Positions 1 through 7,338 of a stretch of DNA of 8,626 bases are shown here, one piece after another. The notes below the pieces were generated by a model that was not told the DNA's origin, ran no database searches, and was given only the letters and a program-made list of their open reading frames with translations. Position 1 is the stretch's first letter. Each line of letters begins with the position of its first letter. The stretch is from a virus (lineage: Monodnaviria; Loebvirae; Hofneiviricota; Faserviricetes; Tubulavirales; Inoviridae): IMG/VR virus record IMGVR_UViG_2663762939_000001, positions 1-8,626 of that record, one strand, 5' to 3'. The position numbers and the translations under genes were made by a program.

Positions 1-15
1 TACATTATGCGCACC
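1..15 (-). other. Partial dif-like XerC/XerD recombination site (XerC arm plus first 4 nt of central region), truncated by the window edge
   Basis: Reverse complement of 1-15 is GGTGCGCATAATGTA, identical to the E. coli dif XerC-binding arm GGTGCGCATAA plus TGTA of the central region (dif = GGTGCGCATAA-TGTATA-TTATGTTAAAT). The rest of the site would lie beyond position 1. Confidence 0.6.
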
Positions 16-395
16 AATGGTAAGGATGGCAGAATCTGGCGGGAATCGTTGACACTTGGCGTCAACTGGCTACTATCGATAGTGATTCAAAATCATCCGT
101 TTCTCCAAACGAATCAGAATCAAATGTCTGTCAGCAGTAAGTGAACGGCCTGACCTCACCAATCAGGCCTGTTCATCCAGTTGCAGTTGGTAAATCTGTA
201 CCTGATACATGAAACCTTCCCCAGAAATACAGCCACAATGTCAGATAAGATGAACGCTGCCGCGCCGAATCAGCTATAACGCTCAAAATGAAAACTGTAC
301 GGCTTGGCCAACCCCGGACAGCAACAAAACGAGTTTTGTCACTGACCGGAGTTTACGATAACTTCGTAAGCATTAAATTTTAGCGGCTAAAAAGT

Positions 396-644
396 TCACC
401 ACCACCATGCAAACGGCTTGTTACTGACAGGAAATGCGATACCGTCAGCATCACGACCACGCAAGACCTGATTAAGAAGCTTTCTGACTTCACGGCGCTC
501 TGGCCGGGTCATCATCATATTGCGATACCAGGACGGTGATTTATCAAACCACCTAGAACAACTGGTAAAATGTGAACCAACACGACGGTAAGACTTCATG
601 CGACCACCGGGAAGTCGATCGCGCACCCTGCTTTTTACAGACAT
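396..644 (-). CDS. Hypothetical small basic protein (82 aa, Arg/Lys/Trp-rich), function unknown
   Basis: ATG at 644..642 preceded on the minus strand by AGAGG and a 6-nt spacer (plus 645-656). The protein is strongly basic with no motif I recognise. It sits between gIV and the dif-like end. Confidence 0.4.
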   Translation of the reverse strand: MSVKSRVRDRLPGGRMKSYRRVGSHFTSCSRWFDKSPSWYRNMMMTRPERREVRKLLNQVLRGRDADGIAFPVSNKPFAWWW

Positions 645-794
645 AAAAAACCTCTAATTAATTGAATCACCTAGAAGATGTCTTTCTGTTCATATCCTGT
701 CAGTTTTAAGGCCATATAGAGGCTCCGTGGTGAAACGTAAAATCCGGCTCTTGATGTGGCCATACCGGGGCTTAACGCACCCGCCACGGCCCCA

Positions 795-2060
795 TCAAAG
801 CGTGCGAATAATATGAGCGGTCAGCAGAACATACATAATGCGTTGCTCATTACTGTCAGCTTTACTCCTGAAAAGCCAGCCAATCACCGGAATTTTACTG
901 ATAAACGGTACAGAACGGTCAGCATTGCTGGATGATGAATCAATCAGCCCACCAAGTAAGAGCGTCTGGCCATCCTTAATCTGAACTGTTGTCTGTATCT
1001 GACGCTGGTTCGTAATAATATCAGATGCCTGGTCATCGTTGCTGATGGAATCAGCGCGGGTATCAATAGTAAGTACAAGCTGGCCGTTCCCCATAACAAC
1101 AGGCGTCACCTTCAAAGATACGCCAACATCATGACGTTCAATGGTCTGAAACGGATTATTTACCCCGGCAGATTCACCCGTAACTTTACCCGTGATAAAG
1201 GGTACATTTTTACCAACAGAAATATAGCCTGTCTGACCAGACTGGGTAAGAATCCGGGGCGTTGAAATCACCTTAGACCGGGAGTTACTCTGCACCGCAC
1301 GCAGGGATACGGCCAGAACATTACCATCAAAAATGCCAAAAGAGCCGCCGGCAGTCGACAATGCGCTACCCAATGCTGAAGTATTAAAGCCCCCTGCTAC
1401 TTTATGCCCGGATGCAGAACCGGCTGCAAACGACAAATCAACACCATCCGACAGACTGGTTTCAAACATCAGCGACTGAATCAATACTTGGTCACGGGCA
1501 ACATCCACAGAATTGATAAAATCGGACAGAACCGGCAGCAGCTCGTCAGGAGCAGAAACAATCAGCGAGTTATTACCTGGATAATCCACGACATTACCAC
1601 CGCCATTAGAATCAAGATAAATTTTAACCAGTTGCTGAACATCGGACGATCTAACTTTTGTCAGCTTAAAATTTCTGACCGTAAGCGCCACAGGTACTGG
1701 CTGGTAAGATGGCTCAGAAGGAAAAGTATCATAAGACTGGTTATCAGAATCATCGGAACCCGAAACCATCTGCGAAGGTAATTTAGACGGCAAAGAGACT
1801 ACCGCAGGATTGCCAGAAAGCATGACAAACCCGTTAGCATTCAGAACAGACTTAAAGAAATCATCAATATTTGTTGGATTAACATCAGCATTAAATACGG
1901 TTACATTTCCTTTAACATCAGGATTAACAATAACAGGCTTGCCAGTTTTTGAAGAATACCACTGAACAAATGAGCGAACAGATGAATTATTTAAATTAAC
2001 AGTTTCAGCAGAAACGCAGAATGAACAGGCAAATAAAAAAGCAACAATAACAGAGCGCAT
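795..2060 (-). CDS. Secretin, filamentous phage export channel (pIV-like, GspD/PulD secretin family)
   Basis: The C-terminal region (…GGLIDSSSSNADRSVPFISKIPVIGWLFRSKADSNEQ…) resembles a secretin domain. An internal ATG at 2060 gives a signal-peptide-like N-terminus (MRSVIVAFLFACSFCVSA) with AGGAG about 10 nt upstream. The ORF extends to an ATG at 2153, but that start would overlap gI by about 86 nt. Last gene of the Ff-like order. Confidence 0.8.
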   Translation of the reverse strand: MRSVIVAFLFACSFCVSAETVNLNNSSVRSFVQWYSSKTGKPVIVNPDVKGNVTVFNADVNPTNIDDFFKSVLNANGFVMLSGNPAVVSLPSKLPSQMVSGSDDSDNQSYDTFPSEPSYQPVPVALTVRNFKLTKVRSSDVQQLVKIYLDSNGGGNVVDYPGNNSLIVSAPDELLPVLSDFINSVDVARDQVLIQSLMFETSLSDGVDLSFAAGSASGHKVAGGFNTSALGSALSTAGGSFGIFDGNVLAVSLRAVQSNSRSKVISTPRILTQSGQTGYISVGKNVPFITGKVTGESAGVNNPFQTIERHDVGVSLKVTPVVMGNGQLVLTIDTRADSISNDDQASDIITNQRQIQTTVQIKDGQTLLLGGLIDSSSSNADRSVPFISKIPVIGWLFRSKADSNEQRIMYVLLTAHIIRTL

Positions 2061-2067
2061 AATAATA

Positions 2068-3162
2068 TTACTCCTGACAGGTAACAGTCTGTAAATAACG
2101 GCCTTTTCTAATAACAATACGACAGGCATCTTTAATATCAACGAAATAACCATCTTTAATCAAATCAAAATACTGATATTTCATACCTTTAGCATCAACA
2201 AACGTAACGGAAACGTCAAAGCCAAGTTGTGAAAAAGAATTAATAGAAAGTCGGGGTAAGTCACTGGACGAATCAGGCGTTACCGCCCTCGCCTGTTCAG
2301 CATAAGCAGATTTAATAGCTGAGATTTCATCAACATTCTTTCCAGACTGGAGCCAGAAACCAAGCCCAAGCCCCAGCGCCAAAAAAGAAAGCATTAATAT
2401 AAGACGGTTCGATTTGCGAAAATAAATTTTAGTGAGGCGCATATAATAATTAAATCCTCTGTGAACAGAAAATTGACCGTGCGTGATAAATGGTGGTAAA
2501 AGCGAAAATGCGCCATGAGGATAATTATCTGTGAACGCTTGTTTGGTATTGTAAGCAGAATAAAGAGATTTTCCTGTATATATCCATTTATCAACAGTGA
2601 TTGAATTAACATTATCACCATATTTGACAATGCCAAAGTGTACCTTTGGTAAAGAAAATCGAGCCCCTGAAACCAAATTCATAATGGAGCCAACAAAAGG
2701 AATGTTTAATTTATCTGAACGGCGACAATAAACAACATGCTCAGCAAGCGCCAGACGAGCTTGCTTATCCATTATCGAAATATCCTGAATCAAAAATATA
2801 ATATCCCAGCCTAATTTTCTGGCATGTAAAAACCAGTCAATAACAGGTTGTCTGTCTTTATCACCCCATGAGCGGGAATTAAACCAAGTACCACATTCAT
2901 CAAGTACAAGGAGGCCATTACGGGATTCATCGTAAGATGTATTCCCAATACCAATAGCAAGTAAATCATTTAATGAAGGCTTGTCAGGAACGCGAATAAC
3001 GCGCGTTTTTTTCGCATAACGCCCAACCATAGGCATATTATGCAATTTAAGGTCAAGATTAGTGGCAACAGGACAACCCTTAGCAAGTCTTTCCTGTATT
3101 CTGGAAACACTAACAAGTGTCTTGCCTGAGCCTAATTTGCCTGTTACTACATGAACCGCCAT
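2068..3162 (-). CDS. Zot-like assembly ATPase (pI-like, zonula occludens toxin family)
   Basis: N-terminal Walker A motif GKLGSGKT (residues 8-15), a single hydrophobic TM segment (LILMLSFLALGLGLGFWL) and a C-terminal periplasmic-type domain. Size 364 aa and position between gVI and gIV fit pI/Zot. Confidence 0.8.
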   Translation of the reverse strand: MAVHVVTGKLGSGKTLVSVSRIQERLAKGCPVATNLDLKLHNMPMVGRYAKKTRVIRVPDKPSLNDLLAIGIGNTSYDESRNGLLVLDECGTWFNSRSWGDKDRQPVIDWFLHARKLGWDIIFLIQDISIMDKQARLALAEHVVYCRRSDKLNIPFVGSIMNLVSGARFSLPKVHFGIVKYGDNVNSITVDKWIYTGKSLYSAYNTKQAFTDNYPHGAFSLLPPFITHGQFSVHRGFNYYMRLTKIYFRKSNRLILMLSFLALGLGLGFWLQSGKNVDEISAIKSAYAEQARAVTPDSSSDLPRLSINSFSQLGFDVSVTFVDAKGMKYQYFDLIKDGYFVDIKDACRIVIRKGRYLQTVTCQE

Positions 3163-3504
3163 TTAAATCACCCTGTTTGCATAATCAAGAAATTTTTGTT
3201 TTAAATCGAAAACAAAAACACTGATACGAGTAACCATAATAACGTTAACACACGCCTGAAAATGGTCAGGCAATACAGATGCCATTAAATGAGAAAAATC
3301 AGCGGGTAACCCGTTATACATGACCTCAGCAAGATACTGCATTAAAAGCGTAACAGTTGTTGTAATTAGCGCGACCAATGCAACCGCTATTAAACCTGTT
3401 TTGGTTGCAAGCCGAGCTAAAAAACTTGCAACATAGCCAATAAGCAAAGGAACAAGACCAATAAGAAAACGCAACAATGCAGGAATACCTAATAATAAAG
3501 GCAT
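3163..3504 (-). CDS. Minor coat protein, pVI-like (hydrophobic, about 113 aa)
   Basis: Highly hydrophobic protein lying between gIII and gI, as in Ff phages. The ATG at 3504 shares a base with the gIII stop (TGATG) and has GGTGG upstream. A GTG at 3507 is an alternative start. Confidence 0.55.
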   Translation of the reverse strand: MPLLLGIPALLRFLIGLVPLLIGYVASFLARLATKTGLIAVALVALITTTVTLLMQYLAEVMYNGLPADFSHLMASVLPDHFQACVNVIMVTRISVFVFDLKQKFLDYANRVI

Positions 3505-4748
3505 CACTCACCACCTTTACGAAGCAATGAAGTTAAAGAAGTAAAGACATACCAGAACGTAAGGCAATAAAAAACCCATGAAAGAGCATCTTTAATAGTC
3601 AGCAATTTATCGCAACCAATATCAATCTGATAAACCTCTCCGGGAAAAATGATAAAATCAGAACAACCATTACCATTAGGTAAATTGGGCAACATAGCAC
3701 CTTTATTTAAGAAAGCCTCCCATAACGCACCATGAGAATCCTTTGCAATTCCTAATTCAGATTCAGCTAAAGTGGAAGCGCTATCTAATTCAGAATCCCC
3801 CTTCCCATAACGGGAATCACCGCCAGAAGGATCAGCAAAACGTCCGGCTCCGCGAGTAAGGTTATTTATAGCGTCACCAAGACGATTTATATTATTTTTA
3901 GTCTGTTCATCAGCCGACTTTTTATCATCAGATGAGGTGTCTTTTTCTGTTAACTTATCATGAATCTCACTGGCAATTTTAGGTGAAGCACCTTCGATAG
4001 CTGACTGAATATCTCCTTTGGTAATACTTGAGTCATTACCACCGCCAGAACCGCCGCCTGAGTTACCACCGCCTGTATCACCTCCTCCAGTATCACCACC
4101 CCCCGTATCCCCGCCTCCAGTATCACTGCCATCGCCAGCAGGAGAAGAAGGCTTATCTGAAGGATCGGCTACGGTTCCGGTAGGCTTCCATGTCGCAGCA
4201 CAAACAGTGCCATCATTCTGGCAAACAATGACGCCAGTGGCCTCATATTCACAACCGTTATAATAAATATAACGATCACCGTCATAAGAATAGACATTAT
4301 TGAATACACCTTCTTCGGGTGGTTTAGCTTCACAAATCTCTTCAGGCGTAGGCTCGGAAGGTTTTTCATCAGGAATAGATCGTTGAATATCACCTATAAT
4401 ATAAGCGGTTAAAGTCCAGTATTTATCTTTCTGGCCTGGAGAGTCGCTGTAAGTACAAGCGTCAGAAAACACAAGACGGAATTCAGAGTTAGGCCATACT
4501 CCCTCATAAGTTGGTTTAACCTGAGTAAAAACACCCTGAGCACTGTCTTTAGCACCCTGACAAGCAGAAGCCTGCATCGCTGCATCAATATAATAAACAG
4601 TTTGTTTAGCGCCATCTTGGTTGGTTATTTGCTTACTTTCAGCATATGCAGAGCTTTGAAAAGTAGATTTAGTAATGCTTTCCCATGAATCAGCATATGA
4701 AAAAGAAGAAATAAGAATAGCGGAAATGATTAATATATTCCTTTTCAT
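3504..4748 (-). CDS. Adsorption / minor coat protein, pIII-like, with signal peptide and Gly-rich linker
   Basis: Signal-peptide-like N-terminus ([19 protein letters not shown]), Cys-containing N-terminal domains, a (GGGDT)n/GGGS linker at residues ~205-239 and a hydrophobic C-terminal anchor ([15 protein letters not shown]). Follows gVIII as gIII does in Ff phages. Confidence 0.75.
   Translation of the reverse strand: MKRNILIISAILISSFSYADSWESITKSTFQSSAYAESKQITNQDGAKQTVYYIDAAMQASACQGAKDSAQGVFTQVKPTYEGVWPNSEFRLVFSDACTYSDSPGQKDKYWTLTAYIIGDIQRSIPDEKPSEPTPEEICEAKPPEEGVFNNVYSYDGDRYIYYNGCEYEATGVIVCQNDGTVCAATWKPTGTVADPSDKPSSPAGDGSDTGGGDTGGGDTGGGDTGGGNSGGGSGGGNDSSITKGDIQSAIEGASPKIASEIHDKLTEKDTSSDDKKSADEQTKNNINRLGDAINNLTRGAGRFADPSGGDSRYGKGDSELDSASTLAESELGIAKDSHGALWEAFLNKGAMLPNLPNGNGCSDFIIFPGEVYQIDIGCDKLLTIKDALSWVFYCLTFWYVFTSLTSLLRKGGE
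4032..4136 (-). repeat. Tandem 15-nt codon repeat encoding the Gly-rich (GGGDT)x4[12 protein letters not shown] linker inside gIII
   Basis: Direct periodic repeats are visible in the DNA (…ccgcctccagtatcaccacc… units) and in the translation. The plus-strand Pro-rich ORF 4018-4263 is its antisense shadow. Confidence 0.7.
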
Positions 4749-4766
4749 AATAACCCGCTTTAATAA

Positions 4767-4784
4767 AGGGGCACGAATGCCCCT
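4767..4784 (-). terminator. Hairpin between gVIII and gIII (candidate intrinsic terminator/attenuator)
   Basis: Inverted repeat AGGGGCA / TGCCCCT (4767-4773 and 4778-4784) with a 4-nt loop, followed on the coding (minus) strand by a T-rich tract. It sits where Ff phages have a rho-independent terminator after gene VIII. Confidence 0.45.
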
Positions 4785-4793
4785 AAGTGAATT

Positions 4794-5036
4794 TTAAACT
4801 GCTTTGGAAGCGAATTTTTTAAAAATACGAATGGCAAGGCCTGCACCAACCACAGCAACAACGACAGGCCATACTTTACCAATAAGATCATTTGCCTGAG
4901 TCAGCAATGCATCCATTGCCTGACCTGCATAATCAGTCCCGCCTGTAGTTCCATCAGCCGCAAAAGAACTGGCAGAAACAAAAAGAGCTGTTGAAGCTAC
5001 TGCAATTTTAGATTTAACAAAAGACAAAACTTTCAT
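4794..5036 (-). CDS. Major coat protein, pVIII-like
   Basis: 80-aa precursor with a signal peptide (…VSASSFA|ADGTT), an acidic mature N-terminus, a hydrophobic core (VWPVVVAVVGAGLAIRIF) and a basic C-terminus (KKFASKAV). GGAG lies upstream of the ATG at 5036. Confidence 0.8.
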   Translation of the reverse strand: MKVLSFVKSKIAVASTALFVSASSFAADGTTGGTDYAGQAMDALLTQANDLIGKVWPVVVAVVGAGLAIRIFKKFASKAV

Positions 5037-5055
5037 ATAAATAACTCCATTAAGG

Positions 5056-5151
5056 TTACATTAAGCGGTCAGAAAATGATTTAAATGAACCGACCGCATA
5101 GAAAAGGGCAAAACCGAAGGTATAAGCCCCGAAAAAATAAGCTATATACAT
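5056..5151 (-). CDS. Small hydrophobic virion protein, pIX-like (31 aa)
   Basis: Hand translation of the minus strand gives MYIAYFFGAYTFGFALFYAVGSFKSFSDRLM. The ATG overlaps the stop of the upstream small ORF (TAATG). Size and position between gV and gVIII match Ff gVII/gIX. Not in the supplied ORF track because it is too short. Confidence 0.45.
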   Translation of the reverse strand: MYIAYFFGAYTFGFALFYAVGSFKSFSDRLM

Positions 5152-5237
5152 TAACGAAAAACCCCCGCAGTAATTGCGCCGAGGCCAAAAGAGATAACAA
5201 TGCCTGACGCTATTAATATTTGTATAACATCAGCCAT
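5151..5237 (-). CDS. Small hydrophobic virion protein, pVII-like (28 aa)
   Basis: Hand translation gives MADVIQILIASGIVISFGLGAITAGVFR. It starts 2 nt after the gV-like stop and is coupled to the next small ORF through a TAATG overlap. Confidence 0.45.
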   Translation of the reverse strand: MADVIQILIASGIVISFGLGAITAGVFR

Positions 5238-5239
5238 AT

Positions 5240-5557
5240 TTAACCTTTTATTTCAGTGATTCCACCATCAGATGAAATGTTATAAGTTACCCCCTCCCTA
5301 CCTTCCATTGACCATACACGAACATAAACGGGGATCTGAACTAACTTTCCGATAAAGCTGTTAGCCTGATTCATTACACCGGAATTCACCAAAGCTTGTG
5401 ACACACGAATAATAATCTGGTCTTGCTTGGTACCACCAAAGCCATCAGGGGTCTCTAAGCCAATACCAATTTCATTATAATAACCCTGCCCATTAATTTT
5501 ATTACGCTGACGAGCACCAAGCATCTTACCTTTCACGAAAAGACCATAATTAGACAT
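5240..5557 (-). CDS. Putative ssDNA-binding protein (gV-like), assigned by position
   Basis: 105-aa protein directly downstream of the replication initiator, with a strong RBS (AGGAGA, 5-nt spacer). The assignment rests on synteny and size, not on a recognised motif. Confidence 0.5.
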   Translation of the reverse strand: MSNYGLFVKGKMLGARQRNKINGQGYYNEIGIGLETPDGFGGTKQDQIIIRVSQALVNSGVMNQANSFIGKLVQIPVYVRVWSMEGREGVTYNISSDGGITEIKG

Positions 5558-5568
5558 ATCACTCTCCT

Positions 5569-6633
5569 TTAGTGCCAGCTACTGGCATGTGAAATACGGT
5601 TGTAATCGAAAATTAAACCTTTCTCATAAACCCATGATGGAATTTTGGCTGGTTTAGCCTCAAGTGTTCTTACTAATGGAACAATATTATTTGAATCAGG
5701 GGATTCACAATAAAAATTAATATCTATCCCAAAAGACAGTAATTCTTTACGATGCCTGTAAAATGTTGGCTTTGGAAGCATTTCTTTCATATTTGCGCCC
5801 TGCTTCCATAACAAATATGTAGACTGTATTTTTCTTGGGAGATTAATTATCTTTTCATCAGTTAATATAGTATTTTGATTCATTTCTATTCTCCCTACAT
5901 AGTCAGAGAATACTTTATTAGGCGTCTCAATATTCCAGTTTTTACCAAGCGTAAGATTCAAATCAATTAATTCGGTTGTTCTTAATGTTAATTCAATACG
6001 TAATTTATCTTTTGACCAATCCAGTAAACCAGCGTTAACAAATTCATCTGCTATCTGGTGCCCTTTTTTTCCAGATGTATGCTCATCATATTTAGAGTAA
6101 AATTTCAGGCTCCAACGACGGGAGTTTTTTCCCAAATAGACCGTTCCCCCTTTGCCACAGGCGCGACCATGACGAGTTTTTGCTTTAAACTCTGCGGCAT
6201 AAAGCCATGCCCGCACATTTTCCAATGTTGATAATGAATACATGTAATTAATATCAACACGGGAAATCTTATATTGCCCTGTCATTACCTGACGATAGGA
6301 CGGAAGGTCATGGGGAATATGAAGTAATGCCAGTATTCTCGCGTAAGCTGTCAATACCAGTCCTTGCAAATCGTCGGAACCAATAACCGAATGTCCCTGA
6401 AGAAATTTTGACGGATTACCATCAATATAAAGATGTGTTGCCCGGCCTTCGCCATCGGATCCAACTGATCTTACTTTCATTGTAGATTCGTACGAACCGC
6501 GAACAGTCAACCGTTTTACTGTTTCCCACTCCACTGCACCATCAGCATCAACGCTGACGACACTACCAGCCGGTAACGGTTGGTGCGTGCAAGGCAGGAT
6601 TCCAGTAAACCAGTCGATCATAAGTAGCCACAC
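5569..6633 (-). CDS. Rolling-circle replication initiation protein (gII / RstA-like)
   Basis: 354-aa protein at the head of the minus-strand module, resembling phage/plasmid replication initiators. The track start at 6633 is GTG; the first ATG is at 6621 (MIDWFTG…), so the exact start is uncertain. Confidence 0.75.
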   Translation of the reverse strand: MWLLMIDWFTGILPCTHQPLPAGSVVSVDADGAVEWETVKRLTVRGSYESTMKVRSVGSDGEGRATHLYIDGNPSKFLQGHSVIGSDDLQGLVLTAYARILALLHIPHDLPSYRQVMTGQYKISRVDINYMYSLSTLENVRAWLYAAEFKAKTRHGRACGKGGTVYLGKNSRRWSLKFYSKYDEHTSGKKGHQIADEFVNAGLLDWSKDKLRIELTLRTTELIDLNLTLGKNWNIETPNKVFSDYVGRIEMNQNTILTDEKIINLPRKIQSTYLLWKQGANMKEMLPKPTFYRHRKELLSFGIDINFYCESPDSNNIVPLVRTLEAKPAKIPSWVYEKGLIFDYNRISHASSWH

Positions 6634-6792
6634 CCATCAAAATATGTGTCAATAGTCATTTGTGAGCAAATTGAGTGGTCACAATGTAATATGCTCAGAT
6701 CTGACAGTCAATACATTTGCAATGTTTAAATTGTCAGAAATGAGCATCAAATCTAACTATTGAAAAACCACTGTTAAGATGGAGCCAAGTAG
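6634..6792. promoter_or_regulatory. Divergent intergenic control region between gII (minus) and the HTH regulator (plus), with operator-like inverted repeats
   Basis: Imperfect inverted repeat 6691-6707 (atgctcagatctgacag) and 6731-6747 (ttgtcagaaatgagcat), 14 of 17 matching, with a perfect 10-bp palindrome tcagatctga at 6695-6704. Also TTGTGA-N13-TCACAA at 6660-6684. A possible leftward promoter is -35 TTGCTC (plus 6664-6669) and -10 CATATT (plus 6641-6646). GGAG at 6781-6784 precedes the regulator ATG. Confidence 0.5.
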
Positions 6793-7239
6793 ATGGGCAA
6801 CAATGAGCATGATGATATGGCGGACAAGCAGAGAGCAGAACGTATCAAAAAGGTAATTCTGGAAAACTCGACTTATGAAGAACTGGCCGAGAAAACCGGT
6901 ATTAGCGTTAGCACACTGGTCAGAATAGCGTCCGGCAAAACTGAGCCTAAATTCAGTGACATAATTCAGATAGCTAAAATTACGGGTGCAGACTTGAACA
7001 CCCTTGCTTATGGCTATGCTATTGATGTTAAAGAAGAAGCTACTGAAAGGAAGTTAATCACTTCCGCAGACGGTTACACTGATGAAGAAACCACTAACGC
7101 CCACAATTTCATTGTGTGGAACATCAGAACACTGAATAAACAAGATATTCTGGCTCTCTCAAGGCAAGTTTCTGCATTAAGTTCATATACTTACAGTACG
7201 AAAATGTTTATGAAAAAAGTAGTGTCAGGCGAAGATTAA
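6793..7239 (+). CDS. HTH (XRE/Cro-C1 type) transcriptional regulator, candidate phage repressor
   Basis: The N-terminal region (…TYEELAEKTGISVSTLVRIASGKTEPKFSDIIQIAKITGADLNTLAYG) resembles a helix-turn-helix XRE domain, followed by a C-terminal extension of about 70 aa. It is transcribed divergently from gII, like RstR in CTXphi. Confidence 0.75.
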   Translation: MGNNEHDDMADKQRAERIKKVILENSTYEELAEKTGISVSTLVRIASGKTEPKFSDIIQIAKITGADLNTLAYGYAIDVKEEATERKLITSADGYTDEETTNAHNFIVWNIRTLNKQDILALSRQVSALSSYTYSTKMFMKKVVSGED

Positions 7240-7249
7240 AGGGTTTAGC

Positions 7250-7296
7250 AGTCTCAGGAATGAGACTAACGTGCAGTATTACCAACACTGCACGTT
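7250..7296 (+). terminator. Two tandem hairpins downstream of the regulator gene (candidate terminator/attenuator)
   Basis: Stem 7250-7256 / 7261-7267 (agtctca / tgagact) with a 4-nt loop, then stem 7268-7277 / 7287-7296 (aacgtgcagt / actgcacgtt) with a 9-nt loop, followed by cTTTATT. Confidence 0.4.
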
Positions 7297-7338
7297 CTTT
7301 ATTGTGTGAATTTTGAACAGTGAAAAAGGATCAAAAGG

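Noticed and set aside
1404-1781. Plus-strand ORF of 125 aa
   Set aside because: It lies wholly antisense to the secretin gene. The protein is low-complexity and Arg-rich with no RBS context, typical of a shadow ORF.
2061-2153. N-terminal extension of the secretin ORF to the ATG at 2153
   Set aside because: The extension would overlap gI by about 86 nt and precede a clear signal peptide. The ATG at 2060 has an AGGAG RBS and gives a proper signal-peptide N-terminus.
4018-4263. Plus-strand Pro-rich ORF ([10 protein letters not shown]…)
   Set aside because: It is the reverse-complement shadow of the Gly-rich codon repeat in gIII, not an independent gene.
2394-4615. Several minus-strand ORFs in alternate frames (2394-2636, 3326-3514, 3950-4132, 4169-4393, 4409-4615)
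   Set aside because: They are nested inside the gI, gVI and gIII reading frames in other phases, and lack the RBS context and protein features of the main frames.
6660-6684. TTGTGA-N13-TCACAA resembling a CRP site
   Set aside because: CRP sites have a 6-bp spacer between TGTGA and TCACA. The 13-bp spacing here does not fit, so it is kept only as a generic operator-like inverted repeat.
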